NCBI RefSeq assembly: GCF_009914755.1
Contig: NC_060929.1
DNA: 64,000 bases
Reading direction: 5' to 3' (one strand)
Source of the DNA: the human T2T-CHM13v2.0 reference genome, Homo sapiens
Shown here: piece after piece, positions 15,101 through 28,135 of the stretch
Layout: the number at the start of each line of letters is the position of its first letter
Position numbering within the stretch: position 1 is the stretch's first letter
The notes under the pieces: model-generated
What the model was told of the DNA's origin: nothing
The model's input: only the letters and a program-made list of their open reading frames with translations
Databases searched by the model: none
Program-made: the position numbers and the translations under genes

Positions 15101-15176
15101 TGGTGCCCAATGTGGGGCTCGAACCCACAACCCTGGGATGAAGAGTCCCATGCTCTACCGACTGAGGTAGTCGGGC
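15101..15176 (-). tRNA. Full-length tRNA-Lys(CUU) copy including CCA, fused to the LTR5 at the PBS (pseudogene/primer copy)
   Basis: Reverse complement gcccgactacctcagtcggtagagcatgggactCTTcatcccagggttgtgggttcgagccccacattgggcaCCA, 76 nt; 6 differences from human tRNA-Lys-CTT (TGGGA/TCCCA anticodon-stem isodecoder) as recalled; anticodon at 15141-15143. Confidence 0.95.
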
Positions 15177-17985
15177 TTGATTTCATGGTTATAGTGTAAT
15201 TGATGGTCATATGAGTTACTAAATACTAACTAAAACCAAAATATTTTTAATAAACAGTCAATTTTACTTTGTTTGCAAAGAAAAGTATCCAATATATATT
15301 TTTTTTAAAATTCTGTTTGCCCATTGTAATACTGTCCATCATATGTAAAATGCTTGTGTTTAGATGTCAAAGTGTCTTCTTGAAATATGCATTATTACCT
15401 TCAAAACTGTAAATATATATCATTTAAGTTCTTACCTTGTATAGTCAGTTCAACCTTGAAAAATATTTCTTTCTATATTTTTTCTAAACCATTGTAGACT
15501 TTTGATAAATCTGGAATAAGATATTAATTGACTATTACTAGAATTGTCTAAATGCTAAATCAATTAATTCATATATTTATAACAAACTTTTTGTAAAGAA
15601 AAAGTTTAACATTTTCACAATGTTAGAAAAGAATGAAGTGAATAAAGAAGATAAATATTAAGCTTTGTAGCATATATATGCCCTTTTAAAATATAAGCAT
15701 TTATATTTTCATCAACTGGTTAAAATTAATAAAAGAACCTGAAGTTTTCTATTTTATATCTAGTTTTAACTTCTTTACATTCATTTGTCTTTTTATGAAG
15801 AAACTTTGAGTTGGTATTTATCTGTGAAGTACATGCATTTGTTTTAGGATGACATAAAGTATGAAATCACTGAGAAAGTTGTGAAGGCAAAGTATTGCGT
15901 CTTAAGGTAATCTTTTGCATTGAATAATTTTCCTTAATACAAATGAAATTTAAAAGTTCTGAGAGAGGATAAAAATTGTAAAATTCGAGTGTGTGTATTT
16001 TTAATTCAATTATTTATTTTTCTTCATTACGATCCAAATGTACAGAAAAGTTAAAAGAATAATAACAAATACACACACATCCTTCACACAAATGAATAAA
16101 TGGTTAAAACCTTGCCAAACTTGTTTCACTGGTGTATATCTTTCCTTCTGGCATATCACTGCAGACATCAGAACCTCACACTCCAAAATACTTCACCATC
16201 CACCTCTCAGAGGTAAAGGGTATTAGCTCCCATGAAAATACAACCAAATTACCATGAATTGCCTACAAAAGTAAACAGTGGTGCAATGATATAATCAAGC
16301 AAAATATCTATTCTCAAATTTCATAGTTGGCTGCACAATTTCCTTTACCTTTTAATTTTTTAATCCATTTTCATTCCTTGCGTTTTTCTGTTATAGGTCT
16401 TTATTTAGTCTTCCCCAATCTAAATAATTTCCATTACTTCTCTGTGTTCTTCATAACATTAAAGGCAAAGAGTCCAGGCCAGTTACCTTGAAGAGCATCT
16501 TAGAGTGTCTTGTTTTGGGAATTAAATTTTCTTTTTTTCTATATTCTGGTCAATAATTTCTGCAAAGATACTGCATTGCTGATGTTGCTTAATTCCTGCT
16601 GTACAGTATTCATGTCAGGCTGCCCATATTGGTGATGGCAAATTTGAGCACTGAGTTAAGGAAGAGACAGATTACATTATTATGAATATATTTTTCAATT
16701 TGTAGTGAAGAAACAAAATATTGGATTATTCTTTGAGACCATGTAAATAACTTGTTCCTCAACAACCATTCACATAACTTAGCATTTCTTGATATTCTTT
16801 GCTTGAACTAATAATTAAATTGCGTTTAAAATATGATGATTTTCAAAAATGCCATCATTTGTTGTGTAAAAATACACTGGTTTAATAAAAATTAACTGGT
16901 TTATTACTGCAAAGAACAAACTTTTCTCACTTATTTTTTGTATCTCTTCTCCCGGATTCAAGTAAATGTTTATTTAATTACACAATTTCAATTCATTACT
17001 GATTTATCTTTTTATTCTCCAATTGTTCTCACCATGATCAATGGGAACTTTTTCAATTTAGTCTTATATCCTATTTTTTGGAATGTTATTGAAATATGAA
17101 AGATGTACAGAAAAGTACACAAATAATTGTATTTATACATTTTCACAAAGAAGGCAAATGCTTTTATCTGTTAATCAGATTAATAAAAATAAGTTTAAAA
17201 AACTATAGCAATTCTCTTCATGTTCCCTCCTAATTACAATTTTCCTGCTGGAGAGGGAGGGTTCCTGATTTTTAAGTTTTCTGGGGTGAACTGAAGAAGC
17301 CACCATATCTCACAGTCCTAGCAATCATTCTTAACATAATAGACAAGTGAAATAATCAAATGATTCTCTAAAACGTTTGCTTCAGAAGTAATTATTCATA
17401 ATGCCACTACATGTCCATAGTTGCGGTTATCTTACTTCTCACTGGCTGTAACTAACATGAAGTCTAAAGATACATGCAAATAAATTACTAAATATCATGT
17501 CTAAGGATCTATTTCTGTGGCTACTCCTGGACCATAGGCTGAGCCCCAGCCAGGTCCTATCCAAAAGTAGAAAAGAAGTTAGATATGTCAAAACATAGAG
17601 GTTAATGTGAGGATATAATATACATTAATGGAAAAAAGAAATGCGAATAATAGACACAAGGTGATTGAAGATGCCATTTCTGGGAGTATCAGAGAAAAGT
17701 TGGAGGTGGTAATTAATAACTTCTACCTGCACGAAGGGCAATTTATGTGGCAAACATTTGAGGAAAGCAAACAAACAGGATGGAGCAAGTCTTTTCTCTT
17801 CCTTGATTCCTTCCTGTGACTCCTTTCTTAATTATGAAACTCCTTTCTCAATTATAAAGTCAGCTGGTATAAAGAAAAAGGTAATTTTCAGAGAACAAAA
17901 CATAGCGTCAAAGAGTAGCTTAATGACTCTGATTTCTAACATTGTGGATTAGATTTCTCAAGCATTGAACATTAATATGCTTATA

Positions 17986-18062
17986 GGAATATATATATAT
18001 TATATATACACATATATGTGTGTATAAATATATTATATAATATATATACACACATATATATA
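17986..18062. repeat. (TA)n-rich microsatellite
   Basis: Direct inspection. Confidence 0.85.
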
Positions 18063-18929
18063 ACTATGGCCAGGAATGACATTTGATTTAATGTAGAATG
18101 CTCCTCTCTTATGTAAGAAGAGTTAAATTTGTTTTTTTGCTTTATTGAGGTATAATTGCTATACAAAAAACTTTACACATTTAATGTATATATCTTGATG
18201 AGTTTAGACATCTGCATATACATGTAATACTATAAATATAGACATCTATATCAAAAAAGAGAAGAGAGAGCCCAGAAATAATCCCATGTACATATAAGAA
18301 ACTAATCTTTTACAAGGATGGCAAGAACACACAATGGGGAAAGGAAGTGTGATCCACAAATGGTATTGGAAAAACTGCATATCCACATGCAAAAGAATAA
18401 ACATGATGCCTATCTTATACCATACACAAAAATCAACTCAAAATGCAGTGAAGACTTAACTGGAAGACCCGGAACTGTAAAGCTCCTTGAAAAAACACAG
18501 GTGAAAATTCTTGACATTGATCTTGACAATAGTTTCTTGGATTCCACACAAAAGCACAGGCAGCAAGCACAAATATGGACAAGTGAGGCTACATTAAATT
18601 AAAAAGCTTCTGCACAAGACTGGAAACAAGCAACAAAGTTAAAAGCTATTCTGTGGAATGGGAGACAATCTGTGCAAACCATACATTTAATGAGAAGTTA
18701 ATATTTATAATACGTAAGACTCTCCTACACCTCAATAGCAGAAAACAAAACAAAATGAAACAACCTGATTAAAAATTAGGCAAAAGATATAGATAGACGT
18801 TTCCCCAAGGACATTTACAGATGGCCAACAGCTATATGAAAAGCTGCTCAATATCACTAATCAGGGAAATTCCAATCAAAACTCACATTTGCTAGGGTGC
18901 CTATAATGAAAGAAAAAAGACAAGTGGTA

Positions 18930-19192
18930 CACTTTGGGAGGCCGAGGCTGGCAGATCACCTGAGGTCAGGAGTTCGAGACCAGCCTGGCTAACATGGTGA
19001 AACCCTATCTCTACTAAAAATACAAAGATTAGCTGGACCTGGTGGCTGGCGCCTGTAATCCCAGCTTCTCGTTAGGGTGAGACAGGAGAATCGCTTGAAC
19101 TCGGGAGGCGGAGGAGGCAGTGAGCCGAGATCATGTCACTGTACTCCAGCCTGTGTGACAAGATCAAGATTCCATCTCAAATAAAAAAAAAA
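18930..19192 (+). mobile_element. 5'-truncated AluS
   Basis: TSD acaagtggtaca at 18920-18931 and 19194-19205. Confidence 0.92.
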
Positions 19193-19755
19193 TACAAGTG
19201 GTACAAGCATTTGGAGAAATTGGATCACTTATATACAGTGTTGGTGGGAATGTAGGATGGTGCAGTCACTATAATAAACATTATAAAGGTTCCTCAAAAA
19301 GTTAAAATAGAACTACCATTCTATCCAGCAATCTCATTTCTGAATATACATCCAAAAATTGCAATCAGGATCTGGAAGAGATATACATCAATGTTCATTG
19401 CCACATTATTTTTGTTGCAGGACTATCTTTAATATCCAAGATATAGAAACAAACCAAATGTCCGTCAATAGATAGATGGATAAAGAAAATATGTTACCTA
19501 CAACATAACATTACTCAGCCCGCCATTTGTGCCTTATCCTACCATTCGTGTCAGCATGTATGAAACTGGAGGGCGTTATGCTAAGTGAAATAAGCCAAGC
19601 AAAGGAGGACAAATACTGTATGATTCCACTTATATAAAATATCTAAAATAGTTAAACTCATAGAAGGAGAGAATAGAGTGGAGGTTGTCAGGGGCTGGGG
19701 GAGGAGGAAGTGGGCAATTATTCTTCAGTGAATATAAAATATCTGTTATATAAGA

Positions 19756-20452
19756 TGCCATGGTATGAATAATGTCCTCCCAAAATTTATATGTTGAAAC
19801 ACAAACCCCAAACCGATAATATTAATAGGTGGGGTCTTTAGAGGGGCTCACTCTGCCTTCATAAATGGGATTAATGACCTTATAAAAGATATCTAATGGG
19901 CCGGGCGCAGTGGCTCACGCCTGTAATCCCAGTAATTTGGCAGGCCGAGGCGGGCAAATCACGAGGTCAGGAGATCGAGACCATCCTGGCTAATACGGTG
20001 AAACCCCGTCTCTACTAAAAATACAAATATATATATATATATATATGTATTAGCCGGGCGTGGTCGCGGGCACCTGTAGTCCCAGCTTCTCAGGAGGCTG
20101 AGGCAGGAGAATGGCGTAAACTCCGGAGGCGGAAGTTGCAGTGAGCCGAGATTGTGCCACTGCACTCCAGCCTGGGTGACAGAGAGAGACTCCGTCTAAA
20201 AGAAAAGAAAAGAAAAAAAAAAGATGTATAATGGAGCTGTTCCTCTCCTTTGCCATTCCACCTTCTGCCATGTGAAGACACAGCAACAAGACACCATCTT
20301 GGAAGCAGAGAGAGACCCTCACTAGACACTGTATCTGCCAATACTTTGATCTGGGACTACCCAGTCTCAAGAAACGTCTGAAATGAATTTCTGCTATTAA
20401 TAAATTCCCAGTTTGTGGTATGTTTTTATACCAGCAGGAGTGGACTAAGATT
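19756..20452 (+). mobile_element. MaLR MST-like solo LTR split by an AluY
   Basis: tgccatggtatgaat...ggactaaga; 5-bp TSD-like taaga/caaga. Confidence 0.75.
19899..20222 (+). mobile_element. AluY with (TA)n expansion in the middle linker
   Basis: AluY diagnostics gagatcgagaccatcctggctaa and gagaatggcgt; TSD aaaagat(a/g)t(c/a)taatgg. Confidence 0.92.
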
Positions 20453-20502
20453 CAAGATGAATAAATTCTAGAGATCTCTGTATGATATAGTGCCAACAGT
20501 TA

Positions 20503-20900
<398 letters not shown>

Positions 20901-21097
20901 ATAAATCTTACATTAAGTGTTCTCACCAAAAGAAAAAAAAAAAACTTCACAAAATAACATGGAAATTTTTGGAGGTGATGGATGTGTACTTCTTTCTGAA
21001 ACCTTTCTTACAGTACCCTAGTCAAAAGGTTACTTTTTTTTTTCCTTAACAACTGATAATTTCTTATGCTCTCATTGTTCAGGTTCAGAAGTGGAAG

Positions 21098-21207
21098 AGT
21101 TTGGTTCTGTGTCCCTATGCAAATCTCATCTCGAATTGTAATCCCCATGTGTTAGGGGAGTGGACTGGTGGGAGGTGATTGAATGATGGTGACAAACGTC
21201 CCCCTTG
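21098..21207 (+). mobile_element. MST/THE-like LTR 5' fragment, truncated at the inverted-repeat arm
   Basis: gtttggttctgtgtccc...caaatctcatctcgaattgtaatcccc...gggaggtgattgaat. Confidence 0.75.
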
Positions 21208-21740
21208 CATAAATTTGAGACCCTTACTTTGGAACTCAGAATTTCTCAACTGAGTAAAAATATGTCATAAGGCATGACTCAAGCTCAAGCTTGACAAGTG
21301 CAGATGGAATTTACAAAGCTAGACTGTCTCTTTTCTGTCGTTTTTTTCTGTATTTGCGGGTGTTATTTGCTAGTATCTTTCCTTCAGATTCGCAACTAGA
21401 GCTATATTTCAACATAAATGATTTTTTGTATTTCACCAGGAATCTATATTCATTAAGCTACTATAGTATGGGACACCTGAAGGCAGAATATGGCTTATAG
21501 AAGGAGACTAAACTCTGTAGAAGAGTAGAAAGTTCAAAGACAAGCATACTATGCCTTTGGTTAGCAGAGAAAGTAGATGATTTAATTCTCAAACATTTGT
21601 TATGAATTTAGAAAGAGCTTTCCTTTCTTTTTTGAGAGATCATGGTAAATTGTTGCCATTAAGAGCTCCCAGATCCTCAAAGGTCAAAGCTAAGGAAATT
21701 TAATAAGGGCGAGGCCTAGGAGTCTTGAAATTATTCAAGT
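21208..21740 (+). repeat. Left arm of long inverted repeat
   Basis: Reverse complement of 22838-23376, roughly 85% identity by eye. Confidence 0.93.
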
Positions 21741-22837
21741 TTATCTCTATTTCATCTTGTCTGTAATTTGTATATGGAAAACAATTTGGAATGTTGGGCA
21801 TGTTTTTCTCTTTCTAGATGTTTCTCATGATTTTCCTTCTGTGCCTTTGCCCATTGCTTGCGAAAGCAGAGAAAGTGTTCTCTATTTTGGAAATCTGCAG
21901 ACATTTCTTTCCAATTTCCTCCATCCTATCTAGGCAGGAATCTATTTTCTGTCTGGCAACATGCTTCTCCTGTCCAGTGTTTGAAGAATATGTTTTCTCT
22001 CTGTGAATTCTCTCCTCTTGCCATGTGGAAATAATGCTGTATTTGGCATCAAAATTCTATTTGCCTTCTGCCCATTCTGCTTTCTGAACTGTGCACAGAG
22101 GAATCTAAATATTTCCGTAGAAGAAAGAGAAGATGGAGTCAAATGAAACATATTAGAATCAGAACCTATTACACCAGATACAGTCCCTCACGACAAAGCT
22201 GTCTAGTAAATAAAGTTTTCTCTTTATCATGTCTTCCTCCCACAGAGAATCTTAATTGTGTTCTTTCAGACAGTAATGGTTACCTGCAAAGCAGCATCAT
22301 GCTAAGAAAATGACATTTTTCTCAGTGTCTCTAAGTGTTTGAGGAAAGGATTTAGATATTGGCTGTATATCTGCCTCTTTCTATTATTTACCCTATTTTA
22401 TTTCTTACTGGGCTTACCCCTAGATCAGGTGGAATCATTCCCAAAATAAGATGAACTCCACAACAGGTGGCCAGATGGTGAGAAGCAGGAAAGTGCCCGA
22501 ACAGTTGACTTGTTGAGTTTTCAGTTTTTGCATATAACCATCTGGTTTAACAAGCCATAGTTCCAGCTGAAAACAGTTTCTCTTTTAAGACATTATTGCT
22601 CCATTATCTGGACATAACAAATGAGAAGAGGTTTTCTGTTATGAGTTTTCCACAGTGGGAAATAGATTAGGAATAAAGCTGCTATGTTACCAGTACCTAC
22701 TAAGTGTAATTATGAAAGGTAATTATTTTGTCTCATTCTCCTTACACTCCTGAACTGAATTTGCCTGGAGGAGGAAGGAAAATGAGAGCTAACTGATCAT
22801 ACATGCTTGCCTGACTGGAGTGGCACCAAACAATGTT

Positions 22838-23376
22838 ACTTAAAAAATTCCAAGGCTCCTAGGCCTCGCCCTGATTAAATTCTCCTTAGCTTTGACCTTT
22901 GCAGACCTGGGAACTCTTAACAGGAACAATTCACCATGACCTCTCAAAAAAGAAATGAAAGCTCTTTCTAAATTCATAACAAATGTTTGAGAATTAAATC
23001 TTCTACTTTCTCTGCTAACCAAAGGCAGAGTATGCATCTCTTTGAACTTTTTACTCTTCTACAGAGTTTAGTCTCCTTCTGTAAGCCATAGTCTGCCCTC
23101 AGGTGTCCCACACTCTAGTAGATTGATGAATTATATAGGCCCGGTGAAACAAAAAAAATCATTTATGTTGAAATATAGCTCTAGTTGGGAATCTGGAGAA
23201 AGGATACTAGCTAGTAACACCTGCAAATACAGAAAAAAGGTAGAAAAGAGGCAGTCTAGATTTGTAAATTCCATCTGTACTTGTCAAGTGTGAGCTTGAG
23301 CCATGCCTTATCATTCGAGATAGATTTTTACTCAGTTGAGAAATTCTCAGTCCAAAGTAGGGGTCTCAAATTCATG
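22838..23376 (-). repeat. Right arm of long inverted repeat
   Basis: e.g. gctctttctaaattcataacaaatgtttgagaattaaatc is the reverse complement of gatttaattctcaaacatttgttatgaatttagaaagagc. Confidence 0.93.
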
Positions 23377-24856
23377 TCCTTTCTTTTCAGGTATTTTTAA
23401 AAAATTTTTTATTTGTTGCATAACTAGAAAATATGTTCTGATCAGCAAAATCAAACAATCAGCTTTTTCCACTTTTTTTCTTTCCTTTTTGCCAGCACAC
23501 TGTACTCAGAGACATTTAAAGCATTCATTCATCAGTTGACAACATGATCAACTCAGTCTCAAAGAAGTTCACTGGTATCCCCTAAATGTCAATAACTTAT
23601 TATAACCTTATTACCACACATAGATTTTCAAAGAGGGCCTTGGTTATTATATCAGTAGTAAGTGGTTGCAATTTTAGATGTGATTGATATGTTACTTGTG
23701 CACATTTGCAATCCTGGACACCTTTAGTTTGACAAGCCAAGTCCCCACATGAATTGGGAGTAGATTGCAACCTTTGAACTGATATTTTTCAAGAAATAAA
23801 CTTTTATATAACAAATTTATTTCCTACAGAATCACCATCCCAATGGAATGGCAGGAAAAAAAAATTAAACCACACTTTTCTATGTGCCATCCTGCCCCAG
23901 AGCAGGTGATGCTCTGACACGTGGACTAAAATGTGCGAAGGCATCAGGAATTGGGATCTAGAGCTTTTCATAGTATCTGTATTCTTATAGAATATATTTT
24001 TAATATCTGTAATCGTCAAATGTCTTTTAAACCTGCAAGACTAAGGGCTATCTTCTATTTGCACTCGATGTTTAGAACATCTCAGTAAATTTCAGTTGCA
24101 TGGTTTATTACCTTTGTTCTGCATTTCTGTTTTCTGAAAATGAGAAATGTATAATGTTGCCTCTCTGTGAAGTAAATTATAAAACCATGCAATGGATTTA
24201 TACACATAATAAATACACAAAACTAATTAGTTTTATCTGAACCTATATGAAAATTATTTGATATTTATACAAATTTATTTTTAACAAATATTTGAGGATA
24301 AATTTCGATTAAAATCATTTTGGCATATATATGCCAAAGTAATTTTAGATTTATATTTGTGGGAAAATTTAATTTGTCAGACTTGTCTGACCCAAAGTGT
24401 CAAACTAAAAATTTAAGTATCTAAAAAAAAAAAAGGCTAAATTTACTATGAAAACATCTGATGTTCAAAATAACTAGGTTTAAAGCATAAGCTTCCTATG
24501 AATAGCTAATAGAAAATATATTAATATACTTAAATTTTATATAAATTATTACACTGAGGACTCTAAGATGTTCAGGTTTAAATAAGTTATACTATTTGAT
24601 TGCAGTGTGTTGATGTCTTCTGGGTAAATTAAGAAGGATTACATGTAAAAATATAAATATAAACATGAAAATATAGTTATATTCATTTGGAGCCAGCTAT
24701 ATTTTTTAGGACATTTAATTGAAGAAGAAGAATTTGGCTCACTTGGAAAATTTCCTAACTTTGATTTGTAGAGAAATGTAAACAGTAGAAATCATATGAA
24801 ACTCTGTTAATTATTCAAAACCAAATATGTGTATTTTAGAGAGTATTAAGAAAAAC

Positions 24857-25142
24857 AGGCTGGTGCAGTGGCTCACTCCTGTAATCTCAGCACTTTGGGA
24901 AGCTGAATTGGTCAGATCACGAGGTCAGGAGATCGAGACCAGCCTAGCCAAAATGGTGAAACCTCATCTCTACTAAAAATACAAAAATTAGTCAGGTGTG
25001 GTGGCAGGCACCTGTAATCCCAGCTACTTGGGAGGTTGAGGCAGGAGAATCGCTTGTGAAGGTTGCAGTGAACTGAGATTGGGCCACTGCACTCCAGCCT
25101 GGGCAACACAACGAGACTCCATCTCAAAAAAAAAAAAAAAAA
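24857..25142 (+). mobile_element. AluS with small right-arm deletion
   Basis: Alu consensus; gaatcgcttg|tgaaggttgcagtg lacks ~10 nt. Confidence 0.9.
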
Positions 25143-25289
25143 GAGAGAGAGAGCATTCAGAAAAACAAGGTAGAAATAATATGTAGGTATGTATGTATAT
25201 ATACGTGTGTTTTTATATGTTTGCTTGGTTAACAGAAAATGTAATGCGGAGAAAATATACCATTATCTTTAAAGTAAATTTGGTTTACC

Positions 25290-28135
25290 ATCTCAAAAAA
25301 TACAAAAGTTCATCAGAGACTATTATGAACACTTCCATGCAGCAAACTAGAAAACATAGAGAAAATGGATAAATTTCTAGAAACACACAACCTCCTAAGA
25401 TTGAATCAGGAAGAAATTAAAATACTGAACAGATCAATATTGAGTCCCCAAATTGTCTCAGTAATAAAAAAACCTACCAATAATAATAAAAAAAGCCCAA
25501 GACCACGTCGATTCACAGCAGAATTCTACCAGACATCCAAAGAGCTGGTACCAATTCTACGCAATCTATTCCAAAAAATTAAGTAGGATGAAATCCTCCC
25601 TAACTCATTCAATAATGCCAGCATCACTCTGATACCAAAACCTGGCAAAGAAAAAACAAAAAAAAGAAATCTACAGGCCAATATAGCTGAATAACATAGA
25701 CACAAAAATCCTCAAAAAAAAAAAAAATACTAGCAAACCAAATCCAGCAGCACATCAAAAAGTAAATACACCATGACCAAGTAGACTTCATTCCTGAGAA
25801 GCAAGATTAGTTCAACATATGCAAATCAATAAATGTGATTCACCACACAAACGGAATTACAAATAAAAACAATATAATCATCTCAGATACAGGAAAAGCT
25901 TTCAATAAAATTCAACATGTCTTCATGATAAAAACCCTCAACAAACTAAGCTTTAAAAGAACATACTTTTAAAATAATAAGAGCCATCTATGTCAAATCC
26001 ACAGCCAACATCATACTGAAGGAGAAAACCTGGAAGCATTTCCCTTCAAAATCAGAACTAGCTTAAGATAACCTCTGTCACCACTCCTATTCAACATGGT
26101 ACCAAAAGTCCTAGCTAGAGCAAACAGGCAAGAGAAAGAAATAAAAGAATTCCAAATTAGAAAAATAAGAGGTCAAACTATTTCTCTTTGCTAATGATAT
26201 GATTCTATAGCTAAGAAAACCTTAAAGACTCTCCCAAAAAGCTCTTGGAACTGATAAAGGACTTTGGTAAAGTTTCAGGATACAAATTCAATGCGAAAAA
26301 ATTGGTATTATCTCTATGCACCAGTAACATTCAAGCTGAGAGCCAAATCAAGAACACAATCCCATTTACAGTAGCCAGAAAAAGTACATGGGAATACATC
26401 TAACTAAAGAGTTAAACAATACTTACAAGGAGAACTATAAAGACTGCTAAAAGAATCAGAGATGACAGAAAATAATGGAAGAAAACATTTCTTGCTCATG
26501 CATTGAAAAAATGAATACCATTAAAATGGCCATACTGCCCAAAGTAATCTACAGATTCAACACCATTCCTATCAAACTACCAATGTCATTTTTCACAGAA
26601 TTAGGAAAAAAAAAACTATTCTAAATTTTATAGACCCAAAAAAGGATCCTGAATAGTCAAATAATTCCTAAGCAAAATGAAAAAAGTTAAAGGCATTATG
26701 CTTCTGAACTTCAAACTACACTGTAAGGCTGCAGGAAAGTAAACAGCATGGTAGTGGTAGCAAAACTGACACATAGACCAATGAAAGAGAACAGAGAATC
26801 AAGAAATAAAGTTGCACACCTAGAGCCACCTGGTCTTCAACAAAGTTGACAAAATAAGCAATGGGGAAAGGACTCCTTTTCAATAAATGGTGATGGGATA
26901 CCTAGATTGGGCCCCTACCTTTCATTATATATGAACATGAACTCAAGATGGAGGAAATATTTAAATGTAAGACTTCACAGTGTAAGAATCCTAGAAGAAA
27001 ACCTAGGAAACATCATTCTGGATATCAGCCTTGGAAAAGAATTTATGACTAAGGCCTCAAAAGCAACTACAACAAAAACAAAAATTGACAATTGGGACCT
27101 AATTAACCTTATGGGTATCTACACACCAAAAGAAATGGTCAACAGAGTGAACAGACATCCTACAGAATGACAGACAACCTACAGAAACCTATGGAATGGG
27201 AGAAAATATTCACAAACTATGCATTTGACAAACACCTAATATCCAGAATCTATAAGGAGCTTAAACAGTTCAACAAGCAATAAAACTAACTCCATGTTAA
27301 AAAGAGGGTGACATACATGAACAGACATTTCTCAAAAGAAGACCTACAATAATCCAACAAAGATACGAAAAAATGCTCCACATTACTAATAAGAGAAGAG
27401 CAAATCAGAAATACAATGAGATAAAATTTCACACAAGTAAGAATGGCTATAATTTAAGAAAAAATAAAAAATAACATATTTTGGTGAGGTTATGGAAAAA
27501 GAGAATACTTGTAGGCTTTTGACATAAATATAAATTAGTTCCGCTACTGTGAAAAGCAGTTTGGAGATTACTCAAAGAACTTAAAACAGTACCATTAGAC
27601 CCAGAAATCCCATTACTGGGTATATATCCAGAAGACAACAAATTGTTCTATCAAAAATATGTGCACTTTCATGTTTATTGCAGCACTATTCACAAGAGCA
27701 AATATATGAAATCAACTTAGCTGCCTATCAATGGTGGATTGGATGAAGAAAATATGGTACATATATACCCTGGAATGCTACACAGCCATAAAAAGAATGA
27801 AATAATTCCTTTGCAGCAATATAGATGCAGCTGGAGGCCATTATCCTAAGCAAATTAGCACAGAAACAGAAAACCAAACATCCCATTTTCTCACTTAACA
27901 GTGGGAGCTAAACAATAGGTACTCATGAACATGAAGATGGCAACAATCGATACCAAGCACTAATAAAGTGGGGGAGAGACACAAGGTCTGAAAAACTAAC
28001 TGTTGGGTGCCATGCTCACTATCTGGGTGATGGGATTATTTGTATCCCAAACCTCAGCATCATACAATATACCCATGAAACAAACCTGCACATGTACCTA
28101 AAATAAAAGTTGAAATTATAAATTAATAAATAAAT
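25290..28135 (+). mobile_element. 5'-truncated L1 (L1PA15-17/L1PB-like), ORF2 decayed
   Basis: ORF 25365 [18 protein letters not shown]...FTAEFYQT; RT-motif remnant tttgctaatgatatgatt; 3'UTR caaacctcagcatcatacaatataccc. Confidence 0.92.

Noticed and set aside
15101-15176. Functional tRNA-Lys gene
   Set aside because: Encoded CCA, damaged A-box and D-stem (G10C), C7:A66 mismatch, altered positions 37 and 73, no T-run terminator
21818-22151. Coding exon or transposase remnant in the inverted-repeat spacer
   Set aside because: Only 62-69-aa ORFs with no recognisable homology; needs tBLASTx to exclude fully
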